DNA from: an uncultured bacterium
GTDB taxonomy: Bacteria; Verrucomicrobiota; Verrucomicrobiia; Verrucomicrobiales; DEV007
DNA length: 64,000 nucleotides
Reading direction: 5' to 3'
NCBI GenBank assembly: GCA_963977015.1
Contig: CAXBMO010000002.1
Span: forward strand, 352,001-416,000
Positions 1 to 10,723 of the stretch are shown in pieces. The notes below the pieces were generated by a model that had not been told where the DNA came from, did no database searches, and saw only the letters and a program-made list of their open reading frames with translations. Within the stretch, counting starts at the first letter, position 1; every line of letters begins with the position of its first letter. A program made the position numbers and the translations under genes.

Positions 1-2
1 CC

Positions 3-3000
3 GCTCCGGCACCCACCACCGTTTACGTCGATGCAACGTTTACCGGTGATGGGACGGTGGATGGTGATCAGGAAGCGGCAAACTCGCAGGATGCCACGCT
101 CGGACGGGATGCGTTTGCGACCATTGCGGACGCCTTAAATGCGCTGAGCACGACCGAATCGGCTACGCTGATTATCAACTCCGGAACGTATGGTGCCCTG
201 GATCTGAGTGGATTCACAAACGACGTTACCATCAAATTCGTGGAAGGAAACAGCTCCATCACCTCGCTCACAGGCGGAGCGAATGTCGCAATCCACCTGG
301 ATGACGACGCGGAACATTCCTTCGCGACGACATTGACCGTGGGAGACGACACCGACACCACTTACTCCGGAACCATTAGCGGAACTGGAGGGCTGACCAA
401 AACCGGATCGGGAATCTTGACGTTGACCGGAACCAGCACGTTTTCGGGAGCCACCGCAGTCGACAATGGCACGCTCAGGCTGAACAAGTCCGGTGCGAGC
501 TTTAACGCTGGGTTGTTCACGAATACTTCTTCGATAACGATTGCCACCAATGCCACTCTGGAGGTAACCAGCAGTTGGAACGTCAAAGACACTACCCCGG
601 TTGTTGTGAACGGTGGGGTCCTCCATGTCACTTCGGCAGCCAATTACCTGAACGACCTTACCCTCAACGACGGAGCCCTGATCAGCGGGAATTTATTCCG
701 TGTGGGCTATTCCCGGGACGCATCGATCACCGTCGGCGGCTCCTCGGCGTCGACCATTAGTGCCGACATCTATTTGGTCAACAATTCCAATAATACGGGC
801 ATTCGTCAGGTCACTTTCAACGTCGCGGACCTCGCGACTGGAACGGACCTGGTTGTCTCCGGAGTGATCCGTGATTTGGGCCAAAACGGCACGTCTCCAA
901 CACTCCTGGGAACCGACCTGGTCAAAACGGGCGGTGGAACATTGACGTTGAGCGGTGCCAACACTTACACCGGGAACGTGAACGTTAATGCGGGAACTGC
1001 GGTGATCGGAAATCGCTATGCCTTCGGCACCCTGGATACCGCCGTCACCAAGGTGAATGTCGCTTCCGGGGCAACCGTTGATTTCAATGGCGTCAATAGC
1101 GCGACGTACGGTTACACCATCGCCGGAACTGGAGTTGGTGGCAATGGCGCCCTGGTGAACAACGGCTCCACCTTGGGAACTGGTATTGCCCAGGCATCCA
1201 ACATTACCCTGGCAGCGGATGCGACGATCGGCGGCACGGGTGACTGGGCGCTATTGGCTGCCAGTTATGGAGCGACGACCCTTGATTTGGCCGGCTTCAC
1301 CCTGACCAAGGCAGGCTCCAACACATTTACCCTGGTGAACGCCACGGTGACTGCCGGAGCCCTCAATATTTCCGAAGGCACAGTGACTCAGTACGACCAC
1401 AACGACCAGAACCCCGATGGCCACGACCTCAAAGACGTCGCGGTTACGCTCGCGGATACGGCGGGAGCCACCTTGAATCTGAACGACCTGAATCTCTCCG
1501 TCGGTTCGCTGGGCGGGGGCGGTTCCACCGGTGGCAATGTGAGCCTGGGCAGTGGCACGCTCACTGTCGGAAACCTGAACACGGATACCAGTTATTCCGG
1601 CGTGATTAGCGGTGACGGAGGAGTGACCAAGATCGGAACGGGAACGCTGACCGTTGGCGGAACGATTACTGCGCTCGGAGAAACGACCATCAGTGACGGG
1701 GTTCTAAAATTGGGAGCAGACGGAGCGCTTGGTGATAGCAGCAGTGGCAAAACCGTGATCAATGGGGGAACCCTGGACATCGCCGGATTTAGAGCGATCG
1801 GCGAGTTGGTCGAAGCTCAGGGGACCGGGTATCTGGATCAGGGCGCAATCACCAGCACTGGAGTTATTTCTCAAGCGAACGCCTTTAACAATTTGGTCTT
1901 CACCGGAGATACCACGATCAACAATCCAACCGATTTTCGTTTCGATGTGTATGGGAACGTGGACATGGGCGGTTACACGGTGACAAAGATCGGCGGTGGG
2001 CTGATCTACTTCAAGAAAATCACCCTTGCCAATCCCGGGAACGTCATCATTTCCGGAGGCAGGTTTTATCTGGAAGAATACACCGATTTCGACGGAACGG
2101 GGACGATTACGGTGGAGTCCGGGGGGATCCTCTACCTCAACCGAAGCCAACATGCGGACGGGTCCGACATCACGCATGACGGAGGCCTGGTGCTTAACCA
2201 TGGCAGCTTTCTGTTTTCGGGAAGTTATCTCGGAGTCGATGTCTATCCGACCATTGCCGGGGATGTCACGCTGGGCTCGGGAACAACGACGATTTCAACC
2301 AACAACGGTACTGCAGCCTCGGGCGAAACTGAGCCGAGCAAAGCACACCTGACCCTTTCCGGTGACATCAGTGGCGCGGGTGGATTGAACAAATCAGGGC
2401 CCAATAGCCTGACCTTGAGCGGGAACAATTCCTACACCGGCGACACCAACGTGACGAATGGCTCGTTGATCCTGAATTCCACGGGAACCGCAATCGCGGG
2501 GACGTTGAAAATTGGGGCGAGTGGTTCGGTCCAGTTGGCGGCATCGGACCAGATTGCCGACTCGGCTACGGTGGAGATCACCAATGGCGGCACCATGGAC
2601 CTGACCGGGATTGATTCCGTCACCGTTCTGAAGATCGGCGGCGTGGCCCAGGCTGATGGCACCTATGGAGCGACCGGCAGTGGAGCCACGTTCATCAATG
2701 ACAGCGTTTTCTCCGGAACCGGCGTCCTTGCCGTCGGGGTCTCCACCTTGAGTATTTCCGATGCGACGGCGACGGAAGGAACGGACAGCCATGTGGAGTT
2801 TGAGTTCAGCCTGGACAAACCCAGCCCCGTGGATCTGGCGTTCAGCCTTGTCCTGGCCGGGAGCGGCGGAACTCCGGCAACCATCGGCACGGACACCGGC
2901 AGCGGTATGGAGTTTTCCACCAATGGCGGCACGGACTGGAGTGCGGTAACTGGGAATGTGACCCTGACGGCAGGCGCGACCAGTCTCCTGGTCCGCACCA

Positions 3001-6000
3001 GCGTGACCGACGACTTCCTGGCGGACGATGGCGAAACGTTTACGCTCACCGCCACTCTGGAAAGCGGTGCCTTGACCAACACCGGCCCGGAAACGGCCAC
3101 CGCGACTCTCAGCGATGACACCGACACCGCCTTGGTCACCATCTCCGGCCCGGCCACGGTGAACGAAGGCGATACCACCGCAACCTACACGGTCACGGTC
3201 GATCAAACTCCGGTCAGCGATATCACGGTAAACTTGAGCTACAGCGGAACGGCCACCGGAAGCGACTACACCCAGCAGGCCAGCGTCACCATCCTGGCCA
3301 ACACCACCTCCGCCACGTTCACGTTGCCGACCGATGATGATTCGGATGTCGATCCTGACGAAACGATTGTGATCGATCTTGATTCCGTCACGGGCGGGGG
3401 ATTTGAGGCGATCGCGGAAGGGGCCACGAATCAGGTCACCACGGTGATCGCCGACAACGACGTCGTTTCCTCCACCACCGTTTACGTCGATGCGACCTTC
3501 ACCGGAAGTGGCACGGTGGATGGTGATCAGGAAGCGGCCGGATCGCAGGATGCCACGATTGGAACGGATGCGTTCGCGACGATTGCCGACGCCCTGGATG
3601 CGCTGAGCACGACCGAACCGGCAACGCTGATCATCAACTCCGGCAGCTACGACGCGTTGGATTTGAGCGGGTTCAGCAACAATGTGACCGTGAAATTTGT
3701 CGAAGGCGATAGCACGATCGCGTCCCTGACCGGCGGCGCCAACGTCGCGATTCATCTGGATGACGACGCGGAGCATTCCTTCGCCACGACGCTGACGGTG
3801 GGGGATGGGAGCGACACCGTTTTTGCCGGAGTGATTTCCGGAAACGGCTCGCTGCAGAAAATCGGCAGCGGAGAATTGACCCTGACCGGGCAGAGCACCT
3901 TCTCCGGCGACACCCGCTTGGATGAGGGGACGCTGACGTTGGCGGCGAGTGGTGGAGCGACCCTCGCTTCCGGAAGCGATCTCTCTGTGGGCGATCCTGT
4001 TTTGACGGAGTCCTCACCGCCCGCAGGCAGCGTTCAGGCGGTGATCGATAGGGGTGCTGCGGACGTGAACCTGAACGTCCAAGCCGACCAAAGCTTCGCG
4101 CGTTTGACCTTCGCGCGTCCCAGCGCAAGCCAGCATGATTTGACGATCGACTCCGGCGTAACTTTGACCGTGACCAGCGGATTCACGGTCAGCACCAAGA
4201 CCGAGTTTCAGGACAGTTCAGGCAATCGGAGTGTCCCGGGTTCGATCAAACTGGTCGTGACGGGTGAGGGCACACTCACTCAGACCGGCGGCGATTTTCG
4301 GGTGGAAAACGATGGCTCCTTTACCCTCAACACCATGCCTGCCGAATTGGACATGTCGGGCTTGGCGACCTTCTCGGCCTCGGTCAGTTCCTTCCTGGTC
4401 GGGTCTGGCAACGCGATGGGTTCGGTGCATCTGGCGCAGGACAGTGCGATTTCGACGACGAACCGGTTCTACGTTGGCGCTTATGGCAACTCCTCCCCTC
4501 ACGACAGCTACCTGATTCTCGGTCAAACCACGGTGATCAACACCGATGACATGCAGGTAGGAGTGAAAAAGACCAACGGAACGGTTCGGTTTGCCGACGG
4601 GCTCGTTGGCGCCACCTTGACCCTCCGGGGCGAGGGCGGAACCGGTGGCCCTGCTCTGGTGATGGGAGACCGTATTTACAACGGCGGAATCGGTTCTGAT
4701 GCGGGCGGCCTGCTCGATTTCTCCGGCGGAGCAGCGGATGTGGCCTTCGGCTCGATACTGCTTGGGAAAACCGGAAGTTCCTCCGGGACCAGTAGTGGTA
4801 GCGGTTTCGGTACGATTCTGCTGGATGCCGGAGACGTGCTTACGGCAGAGAGCCTCACGATGTCGGAAACCGACCCCACGCCGGGTTCCAATCCCAACAT
4901 GACAAGCCGGGGAACCCTGACGATCGGAACGGGTGCTTCCGCCACGATTGGCACTCTCACCCTGGGCAGTCGCCAAAGCGAGAGCGACACTCCGATTGAC
5001 GCGACCGTGAACGTGGATGGCGGCACCCTCACGGTGGACAAACTTCAGGGAGGAGCTGATCAGAACAACAGTCCGAACGACAGCCGAGTCGTCAATCTCA
5101 CAAGCGGAACTCTGGCGGTGGGAAGTTTCGATCAGGTTCCGGTGACGGGAGTCACGGCGGGTCCGGTCGTGCTCAATCTGGATGGCGGAACGCTGACCCA
5201 CCTCGCCGGGGAGGACCTGACGATTGCGTCGCTCTTCGATCTTCAGGTGCTGAGTGCCTCCACCATCCTGACCGATACCGGGCGCAGCATCAGCATCAGC
5301 GAAGTGCTGGATGGAGCCGGGGCTCTCACCAAGTCGGGAAGTGGGACGCTGACGCTGAGCGCGGAGAATACTTATGCCGGCGGAACCACCGTCTCCGGCG
5401 GTACCCTTTTCGCCACCAATACGGCAGGCTCGGCCACGGGCAGCAGTAGCGTGACGGTGGAAAACGGGGGAACCCTGGCGGGCACCGGAATCATCAGCGG
5501 ACAGACCACGGTGGAAAGCGGCGGCATTTTGGCGCCCGGCGTGGATGGAATCGGCACCTTGACGTTGGCAGGTGGCGGAATCGTAAATGGCAGTGTCATC
5601 CTGGAAGTGGATGGAACCGGAGCAGGAACCGCAGATTTCCTCGACGTCGTTGGAACGCTGACCGTGTCCGGCGCAACGATGGATGTGCGGGTAAGCGGGG
5701 CCGCTCCCGATGATGCAGCCTACACTCTAGCCTCGTTCGGCACGTTGACGGGAGCCGACACGACCACGGATCTCGTTCCAGCCGGTTATGAGTTGATCGA
5801 CCGGGGCGGAGAAATCCTCTTGGTCGATTTGGCCGACTCACCCACGGTGACCAGCCCCACCACGCAGGAGGACACGCCGACCACCGTCACCGTGACCCGC
5901 GCCCCAGGCGATCACGCCACCCATTTCCAAGTCACCAACATCGCGGGAGGTTCCATCACCGGCGTCAACGAGGGAGACTTCGTCGCATTTGGCTCCGGCG

Positions 6001-7175
6001 GCAGCGTCGCCCTGACATTCACCCCGGCGCCGGACGCGAGCGATCCCGGGACCTTCGGGGTCGATGTGCAGGCGAGCCGTAGCGCAGACGTTTCCGGACT
6101 GGGTGGAGCGATTGTTTCCTCGACGATTTCGGTTACTCCGGTTGCGGGATCTCCTGATCTTGCGGTCGCCAGCTTGGCGATCGATCCCACCGTTGGAGTC
6201 CCCACCAGTCTTGGCCTAAGCTTCACCGCGGGCGATCCTACCGATACGGATGAAACCGTCATCGTGACCGTCAGTGGAATCCCGGCCGGCACGGAAATTC
6301 TTTTGGGCGATCCGACGTTGTTCCTCTCCACATCGGCCAACAGCGGAGACGTTTCCGATGGGTCGGATCTGGTCCTCGAACTCGACCGATCCCAGTTCGC
6401 AGCGGCCACGGATCTGGATGTTTCCCTGACTTTCGCTGCGCCGGTTGCCGATCTGGACCTCACCATCACATCCGTTTCCACGGACGGCGTCGCCACGGCA
6501 ACCCAAACCACCGTTCTCCGCGCCAATGCCACGAATGCTCCCCGTGGCGAAGGAGGAGCACCTCCGGCCACTCCAAAGACAACTGACGACGCCGGGTCGA
6601 CGGGAACGCCAACTCAATCCACTCCTTCTGAATCCGGGAACTCCTCATCAGGCTCCGGGCCGGAAGCCAACCTCAACGACCTCTTCGATGCGCTGCGGAC
6701 CAACTCGGCCATCAACGAAGCCGAGTCCGGCTTGGGTCTTTCCTCCTCGACCCGCCCATCGCTCGAACTCTTCGTTGGAGTTCAAATGTCCGGATTGGAC
6801 GAAAGCGGGCTTCCATCGCAACGCGTTTCCTACTTCGCCTTTGTCGGTGGAGAAAGCGGCTCGACGGTCGAGATCAACCTGCGCTCCGGCGACCGATTGC
6901 TGACGTCAGGTCGCGGAACGGTGGATGGCAACGGCAATTTTGAACTGCAACTGACCAGCGTGTTCGACGATGGCGGCTTTTACGTCGCCGAGGTCACCGT
7001 CACACCACCGCCCCTTCCCGGGATCGATCCCCGGCCCTCCGAGGTCTACTACGTGGAGTTCAACGGCGGAATCCTGCCAACGTTGAGCGAACTGCAAAGT
7101 TTGGAGGAAGGCGACATCTTCGGCCAAATGCTCCAGGCGATACGTTCGCCGAATGGTCCCGTGGCGCTGGCTTAG
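3..7175 (+). CDS. Giant surface/secreted protein, 5' end outside the window. Contains autotransporter-associated beta-strand (PATR) repeats, two Calx-beta-like domains, Ig-like domains, an S/T/P linker and a C-terminal globular domain
   Basis: Frame is open from nt 3 (APAPTTVYVD...). Repeated GGLTKxGxGTLTLxGxNTYxG motifs; Calx-beta-like LSISDATATEG...DDFLADDGETFTLT and DDSDVDPDETIVIDL. No C-terminal autotransporter barrel or PEP-CTERM seen. Confidence 0.85.
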   Translation, partial: APAPTTVYVDATFTGDGTVDGDQEAANSQDATLGRDAFATIADALNALSTTESATLIINSGTYGALDLSGFTNDVTIKFVEGNSSITSLTGGANVAIHLDDDAEHSFATTLTVGDDTDTTYSGTISGTGGLTKTGSGILTLTGTSTFSGATAVDNGTLRLNKSGASFNAGLFTNTSSITIATNATLEVTSSWNVKDTTPVVVNGGVLHVTSAANYLNDLTLNDGALISGNLFRVGYSRDASITVGGSSASTISADIYLVNNSNNTGIRQVTFNVADLATGTDLVVSGVIRDLGQNGTSPTLLGTDLVKTGGGTLTLSGANTYTGNVNVNAGTAVIGNRYAFGTLDTAVTKVNVASGATVDFNGVNSATYGYTIAGTGVGGNGALVNNGSTLGTGIAQASNITLAADATIGGTGDWALLAASYGATTLDLAGFTLTKAGSNTFTLVNATVTAGALNISEGTVTQYDHNDQNPDGHDLKDVAVTLADTAGATLNLNDLNLSVGSLGGGGSTGGNVSLGSGTLTVGNLNTDTSYSGVISGDGGVTKIGTGTLTVGGTITALGETTISDGVLKLGADGALGDSSSGKTVINGGTLDIAGFRAIGELVEAQGTGYLDQGAITSTGVISQANAFNNLVFTGDTTINNPTDFRFDVYGNVDMGGYTVTKIGGGLIYFKKITLANPGNVIISGGRFYLEEYTDFDGTGTITVESGGILYLNRSQHADGSDITHDGGLVLNHGSFLFSGSYLGVDVYPTIAGDVTLGSGTTTISTNNGTAASGETEPSKAHLTLSGDISGAGGLNKSGPNSLTLSGNNSYTGDTNVTNGSLILNSTGTAIAGTLKIGASGSVQLAASDQIADSATVEITNGGTMDLTGIDSVTVLKIGGVAQADGTYGATGSGATFINDSVFSGTGVLAVGVSTLSISDATATEGTDSHVEFEFSLDKPSPVDLAFSLVLAGSGGTPATIGTDTGSGMEFSTNGGTDWSAVTGNVTLTAGATSLLVRTSVTDDFLADDGETFTLTATLESGALTNTGPETATATLSDDTDTALVTISGPATVNEGDTTATYTVTVDQTPVSDITVNLSYSGTATGSDYTQQASVTILANTTSATFTLPTDDDSDVDPDETIVIDLDSVTGGGFEAIAEGATNQVTTVIADNDVVSSTTVYVDATFTGSGTVDGDQEAAGSQDATIGTDAFATIADALDALSTTEPATLIINSGSYDALDLSGFSNNVTVKFVEGDSTIASLTGGANVAIHLDDDAEHSFATTLTVGDGSDTVFAGVISGNGSLQKIGSGELTLTGQSTFSGDTRLDEGTLTLAASGGATLASGSDLSVGDPVLTESSPPAGSVQAVIDRGAADVNLNVQADQSFARLTFARPSASQHDLTIDSGVTLTVTSGFTVSTKTEFQDSSGNRSVPGSIKLVVTGEGTLTQTGGDFRVENDGSFTLNTMPAELDMSGLATFSASVSSFLVGSGNAMGSVHLAQDSAISTTNRFYVGAYGNSSPHDSYLILGQTTVINTDDMQVGVKKTNGTVRFADGLVGATLTLRGEGGTGGPALVMGDRIYNGGIGSDAGGLLDFSGGAADVAFGSILLGKTGSSSGTSSGSGFGTILLDAGDVLTAESLTMSETDPTPGSNPNMTSRGTLTIGTGASATIGTLTLGSRQSESDTPIDATVNVDGGTLTVDKLQGGADQNNSPNDSRVVNLTSGTLAVGSFDQVPVTGVTAGPVVLNLDGGTLTHLAGEDLTIASLFDLQVLSASTILTDTGRSISISEVLDGAGALTKSGSGTLTLSAENTYAGGTTVSGGTLFATNTAGSATGSSSVTVENGGTLAGTGIISGQTTVESGGILAPGVDGIGTLTLAGGGIVNGSVILEVDGTGAGTADFLDVVGTLTVSGATMDVRVSGAAPDDAAYTLASFGTLTGADTTTDLVPAGYELIDRGGEILLVDLADSPTVTSPTTQEDTPTTVTVTRAPGDHATHFQVTNIAGGSITGVNEGDFVAFGSGGSVALTFTPAPDASDPGTFGVDVQASRSADVSGLGGAIVSSTISVTPVAGSPDLAVASLAIDPTVGVPTSLGLSFTAGDPTDTDETVIVTVSGIPAGTEILLGDPTLFLSTSANSGDVSDGSDLVLELDRSQFAAATDLDVSLTFAAPVADLDLTITSVSTDGVATATQTTVLRANATNAPRGEGGAPPATPKTTDDAGSTGTPTQSTPSESGNSSSGSGPEANLNDLFDALRTNSAINEAESGLGLSSSTRPSLELFVGVQMSGLDESGLPSQRVSYFAFVGGESGSTVEINLRSGDRLLTSGRGTVDGNGNFELQLTSVFDDGGFYVAEVTVTPPPLPGIDPRPSEVYYVEFNGGILPTLSELQSLEEGDIFGQMLQAIRSPNGPVALA
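13..450 (+). repeat. Intragenic direct repeat, copy 1 (about 145 codons; partner at 3472-3909)
   Basis: ccaccaccgtttacgtcgatgc...ggtggatggtgatcaggaagcggc recurs 3459 nt (1153 codons) downstream; protein TTVYVDATFTG...HLDDDAEHSFATTLTVGD is nearly identical. Confidence 0.95.
3472..3909 (+). repeat. Intragenic direct repeat, copy 2
   Basis: Aligns with 13-450 at both DNA and protein level. Confidence 0.95.
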
Positions 7176-7185
7176 ACCAGCTGGT

Positions 7186-7695
7186 TCAACTTTCCGACGA
7201 AAGATCCGCCGCCGAGGTTTCATCCGATTCACGAAACGAGGCAATGATCAGAATTCCCGCCGCGATGCAAATGGAAGCATCGGCTACGTTGAAGCTTGGC
7301 CAGCGATAGAAACCGAGATTGAAGTCCAGAAAATCGACGACGTAGCCGCGAAAAATCCGATCGAACACGTTGCCGGCAATCCCTGCCAACAACAACGCCA
7401 CCGCCGATTGTGACATCAGATTGGGAAATGCGCCCTTGCGCCAAAGGACCGTGATGAAGGTGACGGCCGTCGCTGCGATCAGCAGAAAGATGACGTTTGA
7501 GTAGCCCGTTCCATTGCCGATACCAAAGGCCATCCCCGTATTGTGAACCCGCACAAGATTGAAGAAACCAGGAATCACTTCGATGAAATTCCCTGTCTCG
7601 TAGCTGGTTCCCCCTGAAAAATGCCTCACCACCCACTCTTTCGTGATCTGGTCCAAAATGAACAGAGGCAATGTTAGGTAGAGGAAAATTTTCAT
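7186..7695 (-). CDS. lspA: Lipoprotein signal peptidase II
   Basis: DQITK, NTGMAFG, GNVFDR, VVDFLD and FNVAD motifs; hydrophobic segments. Confidence 0.95.
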   Translation of the reverse strand: MKIFLYLTLPLFILDQITKEWVVRHFSGGTSYETGNFIEVIPGFFNLVRVHNTGMAFGIGNGTGYSNVIFLLIAATAVTFITVLWRKGAFPNLMSQSAVALLLAGIAGNVFDRIFRGYVVDFLDFNLGFYRWPSFNVADASICIAAGILIIASFRESDETSAADLSSES

Positions 7696-7937
7696 GACAG
7701 GTCCAAAAGGGAAGGTCGCCAGTTTAGGTAATCGAAATCCACCGGCAAGCAGGATCGAGCTCTTTTGTCCGGACTTGGACGGAGTGTTGGCTCAAAACTG
7801 TGTCTGATTTTGCACAATGCGCCACGGAAGCCCGAGAGAGCGGACACGCAACCTTGACATCACCGGTCATGCCCTCCAAGTAGCTCCCCCCTTTTTCCAT
7901 AAGAGTTTTCATCTCGTTATCTCGTTTTCGTCGCCCC

Positions 7938-9686
7938 ATGAATCTGCGTTCTCCCAAATGGCAACAACTTTTCGACATCCTGCTTCCGTCCAGCAGCCCC
8001 TTGCACAATCGCGACATTACGCGCGGGCTGGTCATCGCCATCGTCGTTGGAGTCATTGCCGGTCTCGGTGCCGTGGTCTTTCGCAATTTAATCACGTTTA
8101 TCGAAACTCTTGGATTCGGGCATGGAAAAAGCGCATTGGGATTTTTGGGTGACTACTACATTGTCATCATCCCGGCACTTGGCGGTTTGATCGTCGGCCC
8201 GTTGATCTATTTTTTCGCCCGTGAAGCAAAGGGGCACGGCGTGCCGGAAGTCATGATTGCCGTGGCCAAGAACGGTGGCCGAATCCGAGGCCGGGTCGCA
8301 CTGGTAAAGATCCTTGCCTCAGCCATCACTATCGGGACCGGCGGCTCGGTCGGTCGTGAGGGGCCAATCGTCCAAATTGGCGCCACGTTGGGATCAACGA
8401 TCGGCCAGCGCCTGCGTTTACCGGAAGATTGGATTCGAACGCTGGTGGCATGTGGAGCTGCCGGGGGAATTTCCGCCACGTTCAATGCGCCAATCGCAGG
8501 GGTCTTTTTTGCCCTGGAAGTCATCCTGGGAAGTTTCACGACCCGCTACTTCAGCGTGGTCGTTGTCAGCTCCGTTGTGGCCGCGGTTGTCTCCCACGCC
8601 TTCTTCCCGGACATTGCCAACCTGATCGTCCCCGAATACGGATTGGAAGGGCCTCTGGAGATTCCGCTTTACGCCATTCTCGGAGTGTTGGCGGGAGCTG
8701 TCGGCGTGATTTTCATGATCGTGCTCTACTTTTTTGAAGACGCCTTTGATTGGTTGAAATTTCCGGAGTGGGGAAAGCCCGCGATCGGCGGCCTGATCAT
8801 TGGCGCAATCGGCCTCTATTCCACCGACCTGTTTGGGGTGGGTTACGGAGCGTTGGAGAGAGCCGCCAATGGCGAAATGTTGATGAAGACCGCCCTCATC
8901 CTGCTGGGCCTGAAGATCCTGGCCACCTCCATCACCATCGGCAGCGGCGGAAGCGGTGGCGTGTTTGCTCCCTCGCTGTTTCTTGGCGCGATGGTGGGGA
9001 CGGCGTTTGGATCGTTTGCCAATCAACTCTTTCCGGAGACGGCAGGCCCTATCGGTGCCTACGCCATCGTGGGAATGGCGGCGGTTTTCTCTTCCACAGC
9101 CCGCGCCCCCATCACAGCGGTCGTGATCCTCTTCGAGCTAACGCGGGACTACAATATCATCCTTCCCCTGATGCTGGGTGTCGTGGTGAGCACCGTCGTC
9201 TCTCAACTGCTCTACAAGGAAAGCATCTACACCAAAAAGATTCGTCGCAAAGGCATCAATCCGCCGGGAGAGGAAATGCTCGACGCGCTGGAAGGCGTCA
9301 TGGTTGGCGATGTGATGACCAAAAACTTTCAAAATGTCCCCAGTGGACTTCCGATCGAAACCTTGGAAGAACGCTTCAAGGAAGCCGGGCAACGTGGACT
9401 GCTGGTGGTCGATGAAAATGGAGAATTGGAAGGAGTCGTGACCGTTTCCGATCTGGAAAACGCATTGCGCGATGGTCTCAGCGACGCCACCGCCGGAGAC
9501 ATCGCAACTCAATCCGTCCTGACTGCCTATCCGGACCAAAGTTTGCGAAGCGCCCTCCTCCAAATCGGCGCCGATGAAGTCGGGCGTATCCCCGTGGTAA
9601 TGCGCGAAAATGAACGGGAGGTGGCGGGAGTCCTCCGACGGCACGACATCATTGGCGCCTACATCAAGGCGAATCAGCGCAAGTAA
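7938..9686 (+). CDS. ClC-family chloride channel/antiporter with C-terminal CBS pair
   Basis: GHGVPE, GREGP, FNAPIAG and GGVFAPSL motifs; CBS-like VGDVMT...GVVTVSDL and VAGVLRRHDI. Confidence 0.92.
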   Translation: MNLRSPKWQQLFDILLPSSSPLHNRDITRGLVIAIVVGVIAGLGAVVFRNLITFIETLGFGHGKSALGFLGDYYIVIIPALGGLIVGPLIYFFAREAKGHGVPEVMIAVAKNGGRIRGRVALVKILASAITIGTGGSVGREGPIVQIGATLGSTIGQRLRLPEDWIRTLVACGAAGGISATFNAPIAGVFFALEVILGSFTTRYFSVVVVSSVVAAVVSHAFFPDIANLIVPEYGLEGPLEIPLYAILGVLAGAVGVIFMIVLYFFEDAFDWLKFPEWGKPAIGGLIIGAIGLYSTDLFGVGYGALERAANGEMLMKTALILLGLKILATSITIGSGGSGGVFAPSLFLGAMVGTAFGSFANQLFPETAGPIGAYAIVGMAAVFSSTARAPITAVVILFELTRDYNIILPLMLGVVVSTVVSQLLYKESIYTKKIRRKGINPPGEEMLDALEGVMVGDVMTKNFQNVPSGLPIETLEERFKEAGQRGLLVVDENGELEGVVTVSDLENALRDGLSDATAGDIATQSVLTAYPDQSLRSALLQIGADEVGRIPVVMRENEREVAGVLRRHDIIGAYIKANQRK

Positions 9687-9817
9687 GCTTCCTGCCAAAC
9701 AATCCAAACGCCCTGAAGTTTCGGACGTTCTCGGATTCATGATGGGATTTCGGTTCGAGCCGAAGGCTTATTTTAGAAGCTGGCTCGAAAACCACCACAC
9801 ACCCGAGAGAACCGAGT

Positions 9818-10723
9818 TTAGAACATGATCTCGTTGACCGGTTCCTCGGTCGGCGTCATTTCCTTGACTTCGATCACGGCCTGAGTCCGCCCATCCTCGA
9901 TGGGGTATCGCATCGTTCCGGAAACCTTGATCCAAGACATCTCCTTGAACTCGGCCGTCTCTTCATCATTGACCACCGGAGCAGTTCCCGCGAATTCCAA
10001 GGGAATCGAGACGGGCTGAGCGTCTGCACGGCAACAGGTCACCATCAACGTAAATACCCGAACCCGTTTTCCTCCCGGGTTGTAACCAATTTCGGGCAAA
10101 ACCTGTCCCACCGTCTCCACCGGTTGGCCTTCCAACACTTTCTGAATTTCCTGATCCCCCGTCGTATAGAAAAGTTGATCGACCGTGAGCAGCAAATTTC
10201 CGGCATCACTGCGGTCCACGACCTTTTCCAGATCCTCGAGCGTATATTCCCAATCTTCTCCGGCACCGTCTTCGGCATTTGGAGCCTGAAAGTCGTCCTC
10301 AACACGGGCTTTGACGGCATTTGGGTCATCGACAAACCCCTTGTTGCGAATCGTTTGAGCGGATTGATATCCCCCCTCTGAAAACGCAGCGGCGGCGAGC
10401 ATTGGAATCACCATGACGAGAAACATTGCCGCATTTCCGGTAATCGAGGTGTCCTCGTGATCATGCTCGTGCTCATCGCCGTCCCCGTGATCATGATCAT
10501 GATCGTGGCAGCAATCCGTCTCCTTCTTCAAATTCATGAGGTTGAAGACAGCCAGAACTCCCAAGCCCAACCCGGCTAGCAAACTGCAAATCCGCAGATA
10601 CTCGGGGCGGATGAAGGATTTCACCTCCCCGGTTGCGTAAAATCCCAGCAAGACACCAGCCCAGATGAGCATGGCGATGATGCCAAACAGTCGAGCGATA
10701 TGTTCTCGTTTCAGTGATTTCAC
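9818..10723 (-). CDS. DUF1980/TIGR03943 (YcgQ-like) membrane protein with His-rich loop
   Basis: Three N-terminal TM segments, CCHDHDHDH loop, TCCRADA and WIKVSG motifs. GTG at 10723 overlaps the upstream TGA (GTGA). Confidence 0.8.
   Translation of the reverse strand: MKSLKREHIARLFGIIAMLIWAGVLLGFYATGEVKSFIRPEYLRICSLLAGLGLGVLAVFNLMNLKKETDCCHDHDHDHGDGDEHEHDHEDTSITGNAAMFLVMVIPMLAAAAFSEGGYQSAQTIRNKGFVDDPNAVKARVEDDFQAPNAEDGAGEDWEYTLEDLEKVVDRSDAGNLLLTVDQLFYTTGDQEIQKVLEGQPVETVGQVLPEIGYNPGGKRVRVFTLMVTCCRADAQPVSIPLEFAGTAPVVNDEETAEFKEMSWIKVSGTMRYPIEDGRTQAVIEVKEMTPTEEPVNEIMF

Noticed and set aside
2394-5201. 460-aa and 327-aa minus-strand ORFs
   Set aside because: Shadows of the giant surface protein gene.
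7696-7937. Fluoride riboswitch / CLC-F assignment for the ClC gene
   Set aside because: No crcB-motif sequence recognised, and the protein has GHGVP/GREGP rather than the CLC-F signature motifs.
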